From assembly GCA_003278145.1 (NCBI GenBank), contig QCGV01000002.1, forward strand, positions 154,124-218,123: a stretch of 64,000 bases of DNA, read 5' to 3'. Shown piece after piece: positions 50,538 through 61,091 of the stretch. This stretch comes from OCS116 cluster bacterium AG-390-A19 (GTDB lineage Bacteria > Pseudomonadota > Alphaproteobacteria > MED-G09). The position numbers and the translations under genes are program-made. A model generated the notes under the pieces. It was not told the origin of the DNA, made no database searches, and saw nothing but the letters and a program-made list of their open reading frames with translations. How positions within the stretch are numbered: position 1 is the first letter of the stretch; each line of letters starts with the position of its first letter.

Positions 50538-51074
50538 TTATTTTTTTGAGGAAACTCCTACTTTTGCAGCCCTAATAAGTCTTTTATCGATTGCATAGCC
50601 AACTTCAACTACCTGCGTTACAAAACCAGGTTCGTGCTCATCTGATTCTGCCTCAAAAAGTGCTTCATGAAAAAGAGGATCAAATTTTTCATTTATAGGA
50701 TTAATTTGTTGTATACCATGTTTTTCAAGTAAACTTATTATATCTTTTTCAGTAGCAGAAATGCCTTCTACAAAAGATTCGTAGTTTACATCATCTGTAT
50801 CTTTAAGGGTTGAAAGTGCTCTTTCAATATTATCTAATACAGGAACAAAATCTTTTACGAAAAGACTTATGCCTATTTTATAAGCTTCAGCCCTCTCTTT
50901 CTCTGAACGTTTTCTTATATTTTCAACCTCAGCAGCTGATCTTAAAATTTTATCCTCTAGTTCTTTAACTTTGTCTTCTAAAGAAATTTCCTTGGGTGAA
51001 TCCTCAGTTTCGGTTTCATTTGATTCTAGTTTATCTTCTGCATTACTTTCTTGATCTTCTTTATCTTCTTCCAT
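50538..51074 (-). CDS. grpE: nucleotide exchange factor GrpE
   Basis: Acidic N-terminus, coiled-coil, conserved GrpE C-terminal beta domain; immediately upstream of dnaK. Confidence 0.9.
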   Translation of the reverse strand: MEEDKEDQESNAEDKLESNETETEDSPKEISLEDKVKELEDKILRSAAEVENIRKRSEKERAEAYKIGISLFVKDFVPVLDNIERALSTLKDTDDVNYESFVEGISATEKDIISLLEKHGIQQINPINEKFDPLFHEALFEAESDEHEPGFVTQVVEVGYAIDKRLIRAAKVGVSSKK

Positions 51075-51219
51075 TTTTTACCCCTAATAAATATTCTTTA
51101 AAACAACTAAGTTGAAATTCATAACGTTATATTGTGTATTATATTGTGTTATGTGTGATATATAGAATTGTTTTTCAACCCATAAATAAAAATAAATATT
51201 AATTTTTTTGAGATAAAAT

Positions 51220-51939
51220 ATGAAAAGACCCTCTGGAAGAAACTATGACGAACTTAGAAAGATAGAAATTGATTTAGGGATTTCTAAACATGCCGAAGGT
51301 TCTTGTTTGATAAAATTTGGTGATACTCATGTATTATGCACTGCATCAGTTGAAAATAGGGTCCCTCCTTGGCTAAGAAATTCCGGAAGTGGGTGGGTTA
51401 CAGCAGAATATGGCATGTTACCTAGGTCAACCTCAGAAAGGATGAGAAGAGAGTCCTCGCATGGAAAACAAAGCGGAAGAACACAAGAAATACAAAGATT
51501 AATAGGTAGATCCTTAAGATCTATAATTGATTTAAAGAAATTAGGTGAATATCAAATTAATATTGATTGTGATGTGATTCAAGCTGATGGTGGTACAAGA
51601 ACAGCTTCAATTTCTGGGGCTTGGGTAGCACTGAGGCAGTCAATTAATAATCTTTTAAGCTCAAGAGATTTATTAACAGACCCAATTATTGGATGTATTG
51701 GTGCGGTTTCTTGTGGAATTTATGAAAATGTTTCAATTCTAGACCTTGATTATGATGAGGACTCAAAAGCTGAAGCAGATGCTAATTTTGTTTTAACCGA
51801 TTATGGAGGAATCGTCGAGGTTCAGGCAACTGCTGAAACTATTCCTTTCTCTCAAGAGAAGTACTCTGAGCTTTATACCCTTGCTCAAAAGGGAATTGTA
51901 GAAATAAATAATATTCAAAAAAAAGTATTTGAAACTTAG
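51220..51939 (+). CDS. rph: ribonuclease PH
   Basis: RPSGR...DELR N-terminus, [11 protein letters not shown]. Confidence 0.9.
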   Translation: MKRPSGRNYDELRKIEIDLGISKHAEGSCLIKFGDTHVLCTASVENRVPPWLRNSGSGWVTAEYGMLPRSTSERMRRESSHGKQSGRTQEIQRLIGRSLRSIIDLKKLGEYQINIDCDVIQADGGTRTASISGAWVALRQSINNLLSSRDLLTDPIIGCIGAVSCGIYENVSILDLDYDEDSKAEADANFVLTDYGGIVEVQATAETIPFSQEKYSELYTLAQKGIVEINNIQKKVFET

Positions 51940-52548
51940 ATGAAAAAAAAAATTAATAATGAAGACATTATCATAGCAAGTCATAATGAAGGAAAGGTCT
52001 CAGAAATTAAAGATCTGCTGAAGAATTATGATCTTAAAATATTATCCTCTAGTGATCTAGGAATTGATGAGCCAGAGGAGAATGGTTCAAGTTTTGAAGA
52101 AAACGCCCTTATAAAAGCATCTACAACTTCAATGCTCTCAAAAACTGTATCTATTTCAGATGACTCTGGTCTTTGTGTTAATGCCCTAGATGGAGAACCA
52201 GGTATTTATTCAGCAAGATGGGCTGGTCCAAAAAAAGATTTTTTATATGCAGCAAATAAGATTCAAGAAAGTCTCTTAAAAATAGAAGCAATCGATTATT
52301 CAGCTTATTTTATTTGTGTATTAGCAGTATCCTGGCCTGACGGTGATTATAGAATTTACAAAGGAAGGGTGGATGGAACACTTTCATTCCCCCCTCGGGG
52401 AAAAAATGGCTTTGGTTATGACCCTATCTTTATCCCATTGGGCCATGAGAGCACATTTGGTGAAATGGATCCACAATTTAAACACAGCATTTCTCACAGA
52501 AACCATGCGTTCAAATTATTCTCAAAGGAGCTATTGATTGAAGGATAA
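51940..52548 (+). CDS. rdgB: non-canonical purine NTP pyrophosphatase (RdgB/HAM1 ITPase)
   Basis: ASHNEGK..E, ALDGEPGIYSAR, FGYDPIF motifs. Confidence 0.85.
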   Translation: MKKKINNEDIIIASHNEGKVSEIKDLLKNYDLKILSSSDLGIDEPEENGSSFEENALIKASTTSMLSKTVSISDDSGLCVNALDGEPGIYSARWAGPKKDFLYAANKIQESLLKIEAIDYSAYFICVLAVSWPDGDYRIYKGRVDGTLSFPPRGKNGFGYDPIFIPLGHESTFGEMDPQFKHSISHRNHAFKLFSKELLIEG

Positions 52549-53386
52549 TAATGAGGGAAGATTAACTATAATTTCTTTACCTATTGGAAATTTAAAAGAT
52601 ATAACCATTCGTGCCCTTGAAGAGCTTGAATCCTCAGATTTAATTTTTTGTGAAGACACAAGGACAACTATTAAGCTTTTAAACCATTACAATATAAAAA
52701 ATAAATTGATGTCTTATCATGAACACAGTGATGTAAAAACTAGAAAATTTATAATTGACGAAATTGAAAATGGGAAAAATGTCTCCCTTGTCTCAGATGC
52801 AGGCACTCCTCTTATTTCAGACCCTGGGTATAAATTAGTCAAAGAGTTAAAAAAGAGAAACTTGAGAGTTACCTCATGCCCAGGTCCATCTTCTCCAATA
52901 GCAGCAATAACTTTATCTGGTCTTCCATCAGATAAATTCTTTTTTTCAGGATTTTTGCCTGTTAAAGTAAAAGCAAAGAAAGATTATTTAGAAGAATTAA
53001 AAAATATTAAATCAACTTTGATTTTTTTTGAGAGCTCAAACAGGATTATTAAAACTTTAGAAACAATATTAGAGATTTTTGGTAATAGAAAGATTTCTAT
53101 TTGCAGGGAGCTCACTAAAAAATTTGAGGAAATTATTACATCTAAAATTACTGAAGTGATCAAGGAGCTATCTTTAAGAGAAAATATTAAGGGTGAAATA
53201 ATTATTGTTGTTGAGGGTAATATTAACTCAGATAAGCCTCAAAATTTAGAGGTTATTTTAGAGGATACCCTTAAATCAATGTCACTTTCGGATTCCGCAA
53301 AAGAAATATCTAAATATACCAATTTCTCAAGAAAAGAAGTATATAATGCAGCTCTAAAGTTAAAAGGAAAAGAAGATGAGTCTTAA
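52538..53386 (+). CDS. rsmI: 16S rRNA (cytidine1402-2'-O)-methyltransferase RsmI
   Basis: Tetrapyrrole-methylase fold: LPIGNLKDITIRALE...CEDTR, SDAGTPLISDPG. Confidence 0.85.
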   Translation: MKDNNEGRLTIISLPIGNLKDITIRALEELESSDLIFCEDTRTTIKLLNHYNIKNKLMSYHEHSDVKTRKFIIDEIENGKNVSLVSDAGTPLISDPGYKLVKELKKRNLRVTSCPGPSSPIAAITLSGLPSDKFFFSGFLPVKVKAKKDYLEELKNIKSTLIFFESSNRIIKTLETILEIFGNRKISICRELTKKFEEIITSKITEVIKELSLRENIKGEIIIVVEGNINSDKPQNLEVILEDTLKSMSLSDSAKEISKYTNFSRKEVYNAALKLKGKEDES

Positions 53387-54311
53387 TGTAGCTTTTCAGA
53401 TGGATCATATCGAAACTCTATCAATAAGCGGCGATACTACATTTGCATTATGTTTGGAAGCTCAGAAAAGAGGACATAAAATATTTCATTATACCCCAGA
53501 TAAGCTTACATATAAAAATGGAAAGACAACATCTCTTATTGAGCCACTTCAAGTTATGGATGATGAGGACAATCACTTTACTCTTGGCAAACCATTTGAA
53601 ACCGATTTTCTAGATATAGATTTTGTTTTGATGAGACAGGAGCCACCTTTCAATATGAATTATATTACATATACTCACTTACTTGAACATCTTCCAAAAA
53701 ATACCCGTATAATAAATAATCCAATAAGTGTTAGAAATGCTCCCGAAAAATTATTAGTAACTTTTTTTGAAGATTTAATGCCAGAAACTCTAATCTCCTT
53801 AGATGCTGATGCTATTTTAAATTTTCAAAAAATTCATAAAGATATTGTTTTAAAACCTCTTTATGGAAAAGGTGGAGAAGGGATAATAAGGTTACAGAAT
53901 AGTAAAGATATATTCATAAAAATAGAGAAATTCATAAAAGACCAAGAAGAGCCAATAATGGTCCAGCCTTTTTTACCAGAAGTTGAAAATGGTGATAAAA
54001 GGATAATTCTTTTAAATGGTGAGCCTGTTGGTTGTTTAAACAGAATACCTGCAAAGGGTGAGTTCAGATCAAATCTTGGTGTTGGTGGAATTCCAAAGCT
54101 ATCTGAATTAACTCAGAGTGACATGAAAATATGCAAGGCTATCAAGCCCATCCTTCAAGAGATGAATTTAGTTTTTGTAGGGATTGATGTTATAGGTAAA
54201 TATTTAACTGAAATAAATGTAACATGTCCAACTGGTGTCAGACAGATAAAAAATCTAGGCGGTTCAGATATACCAGAAATGTTTTGGAAGTATGCTGAGG
54301 GACTTAAGTAG
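53376..54311 (+). CDS. gshB: glutathione synthetase (ATP-grasp)
   Basis: N-terminal pre-ATP-grasp MDHIETLSISGDTTFAL, KPLYGKGGEGI, conserved rsmI-gshB synteny. Confidence 0.85.
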   Translation: MSLNVAFQMDHIETLSISGDTTFALCLEAQKRGHKIFHYTPDKLTYKNGKTTSLIEPLQVMDDEDNHFTLGKPFETDFLDIDFVLMRQEPPFNMNYITYTHLLEHLPKNTRIINNPISVRNAPEKLLVTFFEDLMPETLISLDADAILNFQKIHKDIVLKPLYGKGGEGIIRLQNSKDIFIKIEKFIKDQEEPIMVQPFLPEVENGDKRIILLNGEPVGCLNRIPAKGEFRSNLGVGGIPKLSELTQSDMKICKAIKPILQEMNLVFVGIDVIGKYLTEINVTCPTGVRQIKNLGGSDIPEMFWKYAEGLK

Positions 54312-54313
54312 TT

Positions 54314-56590
54314 TTATCTTCCAAGATCACAAGCTGCTATGGCGGCAAGATTAATTATTTCTGAAACTCTAGACCCGGTAGGTATTATCTGTATCGGCTT
54401 TGATAATCCAACTAGCATTGGGCCAACTAAATTAGATCCACCAAGCTCTTGAAGTAGCTTAGTTGAGATAGATGCAGAATGAATTGCAGGCATAATTAAA
54501 ACATTTGCTGGCCCTGATAATCTACAGAAAGGATAGAGCTCCATAGCTTTTGGGTTAAGTGCTACATCAGCCGCCATTTCACCATCGTATTCAAAATTGG
54601 TATTTCTTTTATCAAGGATATCAACAGCCTCTCTCATAAATGTTGACCTTTCTCCTTCAGGATAACCAAAAGATGAGTAAGCCAGTAAAGCAACTCTAGG
54701 AACAAATCCAAGTCTCCTTGCTAATTCTGCACCAGCTTCAGCAATATCAGCGATTTCTTCAGCTGATGGCATATCATGAACATTTGTATCCGCAACTAAT
54801 ACTGTCCTAGGCCCAGAAACCATTGCAGAAATTCCTACAATTCTTTTATTGTTTATTGGATCAATAACTTGAGTTATATCCTCAAGTGCTAGTGAGTAAT
54901 TTCTCGTTGTTCCTGTAATCATAGCATCCGCATGACCTAGAGAGGTCATGCAGGATGAAAATATATTTCGATCATTATTCACCATTCTTAGGCAATCTCT
55001 TCTTAAATATCCCTTTCTCTGAAGTCTTTTATACAAGAAGTCTGCATACTCTTCAGATTTTTCGGAGTCTTTCGAATTAACTATTTCTATATCTGTATCA
55101 GGTCTTAAACCTATCTTCTTAAGCGTATCTTCAATTTTTTCTTGTCTACCAACTAACACAGGTATTCCAAGGCCAAGTTCTCTAAAGTTTAGCGCAGCTC
55201 TAATTATTTTTTCTTCTTCACCTTCAGCAAAAACAACTCTTTTCATAAGTCTTTTAGCTTTAGAAAAAATTGGTTGCATTATATCTGCAGTTGGGTCAAG
55301 TCTTGCTGATAATCTATTTTTATAGGCGTCCTCATCTACAATTGGTAATTTAGCAACGCCTGATTTCATGGCCGCTTTTGCAACTGCAGGCGGAATATCT
55401 CTTATCAATCTTGGGTCAAAAGGCGCAGGTATAATATATTCAGGACCGTATCTTGGTCTTGCCCCAGAATAAGCGGCAGCAACTTCATCTGGTACATCTT
55501 CACGAGCTAGCTTTGCTAACGATTCTGCGCAGGCAATTTTCATATCTTCATTAATTGTTGTTGCCCTAACATCAAGTGCGCCACGAAAAATATAAGGAAA
55601 TCCCAAAACATTATTTACTTGATTTGCATAATCAGATCTTCCTGTTGCCATTATGCAATCAGGTCTTAATTCTTTTGCAATTTTAGGATCAATTTCAGGA
55701 TCAGGATTTGCCATGGCGAATATTATTGGATTTTTATTCATAGTTTTAATCATTTCAGGAGTTAAGGCTCCTTTAACTGATAAACCAAGGAAAATATCTG
55801 AACCTTTAACCGCATCTTCAAGGGTTCTCTCCTTTGTTTGTATAGCATGAGCTGATTTCCATTGGTTGATATTATCTTCTCTACCAATATAAATTGGCCC
55901 TTTTGAGTCGCAAAGAACCGCATTATCATGAGGCAATCCCATCGCCTTTAATAGCTCTAGACATGCAATCCCAGCAGCCCCAGCTCCATTAATAACAACC
56001 TTCATATCAGCAATATTTTTACCGGTAAGATCAAGCGCATTAATAATCCCAGCAGCTGATATAATTGCAGTACCATGTTGATCATCATGAAAGACAGGTA
56101 TATTTAATTTCTCTCTTAATTTGCTCTCAATTATAAAACAATCTGGTGCACTTATATCTTCAAGATTTATACCGCCAAAAGATGGTTCAAGACTTGCAAT
56201 AATATCTGAAATTTTGTCAGGATCTTTTTCATTAATTTCAATATCAATAGAGTCAACATCTGCAAATCTTTTAAATAAAACCGCCTTACCTTCCATCACT
56301 GGTTTAGAGGCTAAAGGACCAAGATCACCTAAACCAAGAATTGCAGAGCCATTAGATATAACAGCAACAAGATTCCCTTTAGCAGTATAATCATATGCGC
56401 TATCAGGATTATCAGATATTGCTAATACAGGAGCCGCAACGCCTGGCGAATATGCTAAAGCTAAATCCCTCTGCGTTGCCATTGGCTTAGTAGCATTAAT
56501 TTCTATTTTACCTGGCCTTCCTTCAGAGTGGAACTTTAAAGCCTCTTGCTCATCATAGCTAGTTTCATTTATATCAATTTTATCTTTCAA
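54314..56590 (-). CDS. maeB: NADP-dependent malic enzyme (malic enzyme + PTA-like C-domain)
   Basis: ME signature LALAYSPGVA, NAD(P) fold GAGAAGIA, ~330-aa C-terminal phosphotransacetylase-like domain; 758 aa. Confidence 0.9.
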   Translation of the reverse strand: MKDKIDINETSYDEQEALKFHSEGRPGKIEINATKPMATQRDLALAYSPGVAAPVLAISDNPDSAYDYTAKGNLVAVISNGSAILGLGDLGPLASKPVMEGKAVLFKRFADVDSIDIEINEKDPDKISDIIASLEPSFGGINLEDISAPDCFIIESKLREKLNIPVFHDDQHGTAIISAAGIINALDLTGKNIADMKVVINGAGAAGIACLELLKAMGLPHDNAVLCDSKGPIYIGREDNINQWKSAHAIQTKERTLEDAVKGSDIFLGLSVKGALTPEMIKTMNKNPIIFAMANPDPEIDPKIAKELRPDCIMATGRSDYANQVNNVLGFPYIFRGALDVRATTINEDMKIACAESLAKLAREDVPDEVAAAYSGARPRYGPEYIIPAPFDPRLIRDIPPAVAKAAMKSGVAKLPIVDEDAYKNRLSARLDPTADIMQPIFSKAKRLMKRVVFAEGEEEKIIRAALNFRELGLGIPVLVGRQEKIEDTLKKIGLRPDTDIEIVNSKDSEKSEEYADFLYKRLQRKGYLRRDCLRMVNNDRNIFSSCMTSLGHADAMITGTTRNYSLALEDITQVIDPINNKRIVGISAMVSGPRTVLVADTNVHDMPSAEEIADIAEAGAELARRLGFVPRVALLAYSSFGYPEGERSTFMREAVDILDKRNTNFEYDGEMAADVALNPKAMELYPFCRLSGPANVLIMPAIHSASISTKLLQELGGSNLVGPMLVGLSKPIQIIPTGSRVSEIINLAAIAACDLGR

Positions 56591-56831
56591 TATCTTTCAC
56601 CATTTTGATAATTTTATTTAATAATTTGGAGACAAATATACAAAAATAATAAAAGCGTCAAGCATTTTATAATAAAATAATAAAAAATATTAATATTTCA
56701 AATTAATATTACTATTTTTAATATGAATTAGTAATTAATTAATAAAAATTATTTTTAGTTTTTCTTTTATAAAGTGGTATTTTAAAACAATAAATTTTTA
56801 AATCTTATCTTCTTCGGGTAAAAGGAAAGAG

Positions 56832-59549
56832 ATGAAATCCAAAATAAAAATATTGACTAAGGATTGTAATTTTAATTTTGAAGAAGTTTTTAGTGAAAAA
56901 GAAATTTATTCAAACGAAATTAACTCTTTGCTAAAAAATTATGTTAAAGGACAATTAAAAAAAGCCCATGAAGTTGCTCAGAAACGCTTAGAAAATAATA
57001 CGTATAAAGGCAAAGAATGTGCTCAACAATTATCATATTTACATGATGAGTTAATAATTAATTACATTAATTTCTTAAGTAAATATTTATACCCTCTTAA
57101 TAACCCCACTGAAGCTGAAAAGATTTCAGTATTAGCTACTGGAGGATATGGAAGAGGTCTTTTGGCCCCTCAATCTGATATAGACCTTCTCTTTTTATTA
57201 CCATACAAAAAAACTGCATGGGCTGAGGCTGCCATAGAGAATACTTTATATTTTTTGTGGGATCTTGGATTGAAAGTTGGCCAGGCAACGAGATCTATTT
57301 CCGAGAGTCTTTTGTTAGCTGAAAAAGATCAAACAATTACTACCTCAATGTTAGATGCTAGGCATTTGTGGGGTAATGAGGAGCTAAGTAAAAGTTTTAA
57401 AAAGTCTTACAGGGAAAAATTAGAAAAAATGTCATCAGCGGATTTTATTCAGGCAAAGCTTGATGAGCGCGAAGAAAGACAGCATAAGGCAGGCCAGTCT
57501 AGATACCTTGTTGAACCTAATATCAAGAATGGTAAGGGTGGACTTAGGGATTTAGAAACCCTTAGTTGGATGACAAATTTTTGCTACAATTGTTCTCGTC
57601 CAGACGATATGTTTAAAAAAGGTATTTTAAATAAAGATGAGTCAACTACCTTTCTTAAATGTGAAAACTTTCTTTGGCATGTTAGATGTCAGCTTCATTA
57701 CATAGCCAAAAGACCCGAAGAAGTAATAAATTTTAATGATCAGAGGGAAATGGCGAAAAGATTAGGCTATGATGATAGAAAGGGTCTCCTAGGGGTAGAG
57801 AGGTTTATGCGGCACTATTTTCTTATTGCCCGTGAGGTTGGGGACTTAACAAGATCAATATGTTCCATATTAGAAGAACAACAGAAAAAATCTATACCAG
57901 TAATTTCAAAGGCTTTATCTTATTTTTCTGAAGAAAAGGTCGAAGGCTTTATACTAAATGCTGGTAGAATTGATATACCAAACAAAAATTTTTTTAAGAA
58001 AGACCCCTTAAACATTTTAAAATTATTTAATTATTCTATGAAAAGGGATGTTTTGATACATCCAAACGCTGTAAGAGTTTTAAGAGAAAATCTAAGCCTA
58101 ATTAATAAAGATTTAAGACAAAATGAAACTGCGAATAAGATTTTTCTTGAGATTTTATTAAATAAAAAAAATTCAGAAGAAACTTTGCGGCAAATGAATG
58201 AGACAGGCGTTCTTGGCCGCTTTATTTTAGATTTTGGAAAGATTGTAGGTTTGATGCAGTTTAATATGTATCATCATTATACTGCTGATGAACATTTATT
58301 AAGAGCTATAGGGGAATTAAATAAATTATTTTCAGAAAAAAATAGGAATATTACAAAACTTATTTCAGAGATAATTAATTCTGGACTAAGTAAGAAAATT
58401 TTGACTATAGCGTTGCTATTTCATGATATTGCAAAAGGTCGTGATGAGGACCATTCAATAGCGGGTGCAAAGATCGTTAAAAAATTTTCCAAAAGATTTA
58501 ATTTATCTGATTATGAGTTGGAAACTATATCTTGGTTAGTCAAAGAGCACCTTGTTATGAGTGACTTTTCTCAAACAAGAGATGTAATGGATGCCAAAAC
58601 CGTTGAGGATTTCTCTTTAAAGGTTCAGACACCGGAAAGGCTTAAATTTTTACTTATTCTTACAATTGCAGATATTAGTGCGGTTGGCCCTGGGGTCTGG
58701 AATGCACACAAAGGTCAGTTGCTTGAACAGCTTTATAAAGAGACATATGCAAAATTATCAGGTGAGGTTCTGGATGAGGATAGGTCATTAAGAGCGCAAA
58801 ATAAAATAAAATCAGTTTTTTCTAAGGCAGATTTTAATAAAGAGAGAAAATTCAAAGATTGGATTAAAAGTCAAAGCGATCAATACTGGCTTGGATTGGA
58901 AGATGATATTATTTTTCGACAAGCAGAAATGTTCGTTAAAAATTTTAACAATAAACCATCAATTATAATTCATAATAAGAAAGATGCTGAAGCGACTGAA
59001 GTTTCAATAATGTCAAAAGATAGCAAGGGGCTTTTTTCTAAATTAACAGGCGCATTATCCTCGATGGAAATAAATATTGTAAATGCCAAGATTTTTACAA
59101 ACTCATCAAATATTGCCATCGATGTTATATGGATACAGGACAAAGAAAATAGACCAATATTCGATAATTCAAGAATTGAGAGAATTAAAGAAAAAATACT
59201 AAATTTTATAAATACTGATATTAAAAATGGAGTCTCCTCAACATCAAGATTAAATAATAGAAGAATTAATGCTTTCACAGTTCCTATTGTTGTAAAAATA
59301 ATGAATAATATCTCTTCAAATTATACAGTTATAGAGGTTAGCGGAAAGGATAGACCGAGCATTCTTCATGAGCTAGCAAAAACCATAAATCATTTAGATT
59401 TAAATTTATTTAGGGCGCAAGTCGCAACTTTTGGTGAGCGTGTTGTTGATGTTTTTTATGTATTAGATTCTAAAAATAAAAAAATTGAGCACCATAATTC
59501 AAAAAAAATAATTGAAAGAGAGCTTTTACGGGTTTTAAGTAATGGCTGA
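56832..59549 (+). CDS. glnD: bifunctional [protein-PII] uridylyltransferase / uridylyl-removing enzyme GlnD
   Basis: Nucleotidyltransferase GGYGRG...DIDLLFL, HD domain (HHYTADEH), two C-terminal ACT domains; 905 aa. Confidence 0.9.
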   Translation: MKSKIKILTKDCNFNFEEVFSEKEIYSNEINSLLKNYVKGQLKKAHEVAQKRLENNTYKGKECAQQLSYLHDELIINYINFLSKYLYPLNNPTEAEKISVLATGGYGRGLLAPQSDIDLLFLLPYKKTAWAEAAIENTLYFLWDLGLKVGQATRSISESLLLAEKDQTITTSMLDARHLWGNEELSKSFKKSYREKLEKMSSADFIQAKLDEREERQHKAGQSRYLVEPNIKNGKGGLRDLETLSWMTNFCYNCSRPDDMFKKGILNKDESTTFLKCENFLWHVRCQLHYIAKRPEEVINFNDQREMAKRLGYDDRKGLLGVERFMRHYFLIAREVGDLTRSICSILEEQQKKSIPVISKALSYFSEEKVEGFILNAGRIDIPNKNFFKKDPLNILKLFNYSMKRDVLIHPNAVRVLRENLSLINKDLRQNETANKIFLEILLNKKNSEETLRQMNETGVLGRFILDFGKIVGLMQFNMYHHYTADEHLLRAIGELNKLFSEKNRNITKLISEIINSGLSKKILTIALLFHDIAKGRDEDHSIAGAKIVKKFSKRFNLSDYELETISWLVKEHLVMSDFSQTRDVMDAKTVEDFSLKVQTPERLKFLLILTIADISAVGPGVWNAHKGQLLEQLYKETYAKLSGEVLDEDRSLRAQNKIKSVFSKADFNKERKFKDWIKSQSDQYWLGLEDDIIFRQAEMFVKNFNNKPSIIIHNKKDAEATEVSIMSKDSKGLFSKLTGALSSMEINIVNAKIFTNSSNIAIDVIWIQDKENRPIFDNSRIERIKEKILNFINTDIKNGVSSTSRLNNRRINAFTVPIVVKIMNNISSNYTVIEVSGKDRPSILHELAKTINHLDLNLFRAQVATFGERVVDVFYVLDSKNKKIEHHNSKKIIERELLRVLSNG

Positions 59550-61080
59550 TAATGCAGAGAAGAAATCTCTATTTAGGCCAACATTAATTGTTGCAGGTTT
59601 AACATCTCTTAGTCGAGTTGTTGGACTAATAAGAGATATTCTAATAAGCAATGTCCTTGGCGTGAGCTATATAACTGATATTTTTATAGTTGCTCTAAGA
59701 ATACCAAATATATTTAGGAGAATAACTGCTGAAGGAGCTTTTTCCGCTGCATTTATTCCTATGTTTTCAAAAAAATTAATCTCTAATAAAATTTCTGCAA
59801 TTAAATTTTCTGAAGATATTCTTTTTATGTCACTAATTATTATGATTTCAATAACTTCTGTTCTTCAAATTTTTATGCCCTTCTTTATTTATTTTATCGC
59901 TTATGGTTTTACTAATGATCCAATTAAATATGATTTAGCTATTAATTTTTCTAGAATAACAGCCCCTTATATTTTGCTTATATCTTTGTCTTCTATAGGA
60001 ATTGCTATTCTAAATTCTTTAGGTAGATATTTTGCTTCATCGTTTGGCCCAGTCATTTTTAATGCTGTATTGGTTTTTATTTTAATCCTTCCAATAAACA
60101 ATATTTCTTCTATCGGGTATTTATTATCCTTTGGAGTCACCTTCTCAGGAATTATTCAGTTTCTATTGATTTTTTATTTTTTATCTAAAAGTGGTTATAA
60201 ATTAAATTTAAGAAAGCCCGAAAATTTAAATTTAATAAATAAATTTTCAACCATTGCTAGACCACAAATTATAACTGGGCTCGTTATACAGGCAAATATT
60301 GTTTTTTCAGGCATAATTGCCTCTTTTGTTGAGGGTGGAATATCTATTTTGTACTATGCTGAGAGATTATATCAGCTTCCTTTAGCATTATTTGGTATTT
60401 CTATCGGTACTGTTCTTCTTCCAACACTAAGTGGCCTTGATATTAAAAAAGATTTGGAGAAATTTAATTTAGTTATTAGAAATATTATTAAATTTTCACT
60501 GATTATGATCATACCTTCTGCAGTAGGGCTTTCAATTATTTCCATCCCCTTAATATCTGTAATTTACGAGCATGGAATGTTCAATCAAGTTAATACTATC
60601 AATGTTTCAAAGGCGCTAATAGCTTTTTCACTTGGGTTGCCTGCGTTTGTTCTTATAAAAATTTATCTACCTATATTCTATTCTTTGGGCGACACAAGAA
60701 CACCATTATTTTATAGCATAATTTCAGTATTTATAAACTTGGGCATAGCTTTAGCTCTATTTAAGCCTTTAGGCATTATTGGCATAGCTATATCCACCTC
60801 TATCTCATCATGGATTAATTTATTTTTATTAATTAGAGGATCGAAAAAATATAGAATTAATATATCAACTAAAAAATTATATAGAGATTTTTTTAAAATA
60901 ATTTTTTCTGTAATATTTATGTCTTGTTATATTTTAGTGATATCAGATTATATAGGTTATCTTCACATTATTTTACAATTGTTAATTCTAGTATTTTCTG
61001 GGGCGTTTATTTATTTTTTAATTTTGTTTGTGTTAGGCGTATTAAATAAAAATGATATAATTAATATTGTTAAAAATTAA
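59542..61080 (+). CDS. murJ: lipid II flippase MurJ (MviN)
   Basis: 14-TM MOP-family profile, conserved glnD-murJ-trpS order. Confidence 0.9.
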   Translation: MADNAEKKSLFRPTLIVAGLTSLSRVVGLIRDILISNVLGVSYITDIFIVALRIPNIFRRITAEGAFSAAFIPMFSKKLISNKISAIKFSEDILFMSLIIMISITSVLQIFMPFFIYFIAYGFTNDPIKYDLAINFSRITAPYILLISLSSIGIAILNSLGRYFASSFGPVIFNAVLVFILILPINNISSIGYLLSFGVTFSGIIQFLLIFYFLSKSGYKLNLRKPENLNLINKFSTIARPQIITGLVIQANIVFSGIIASFVEGGISILYYAERLYQLPLALFGISIGTVLLPTLSGLDIKKDLEKFNLVIRNIIKFSLIMIIPSAVGLSIISIPLISVIYEHGMFNQVNTINVSKALIAFSLGLPAFVLIKIYLPIFYSLGDTRTPLFYSIISVFINLGIALALFKPLGIIGIAISTSISSWINLFLLIRGSKKYRINISTKKLYRDFFKIIFSVIFMSCYILVISDYIGYLHIILQLLILVFSGAFIYFLILFVLGVLNKNDIINIVKN

Positions 61081-61091
61081 AAGGTATTGGT

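Noticed and set aside
51075-51219. sigma32 promoter or CIRCE operator in the grpE-rph divergent region
   Set aside because: Only a GTTGAAA -35-like hexamer is present. No acceptable CCCCATNT-like -10 at the right spacing and no CIRCE inverted repeat. Left uncalled.
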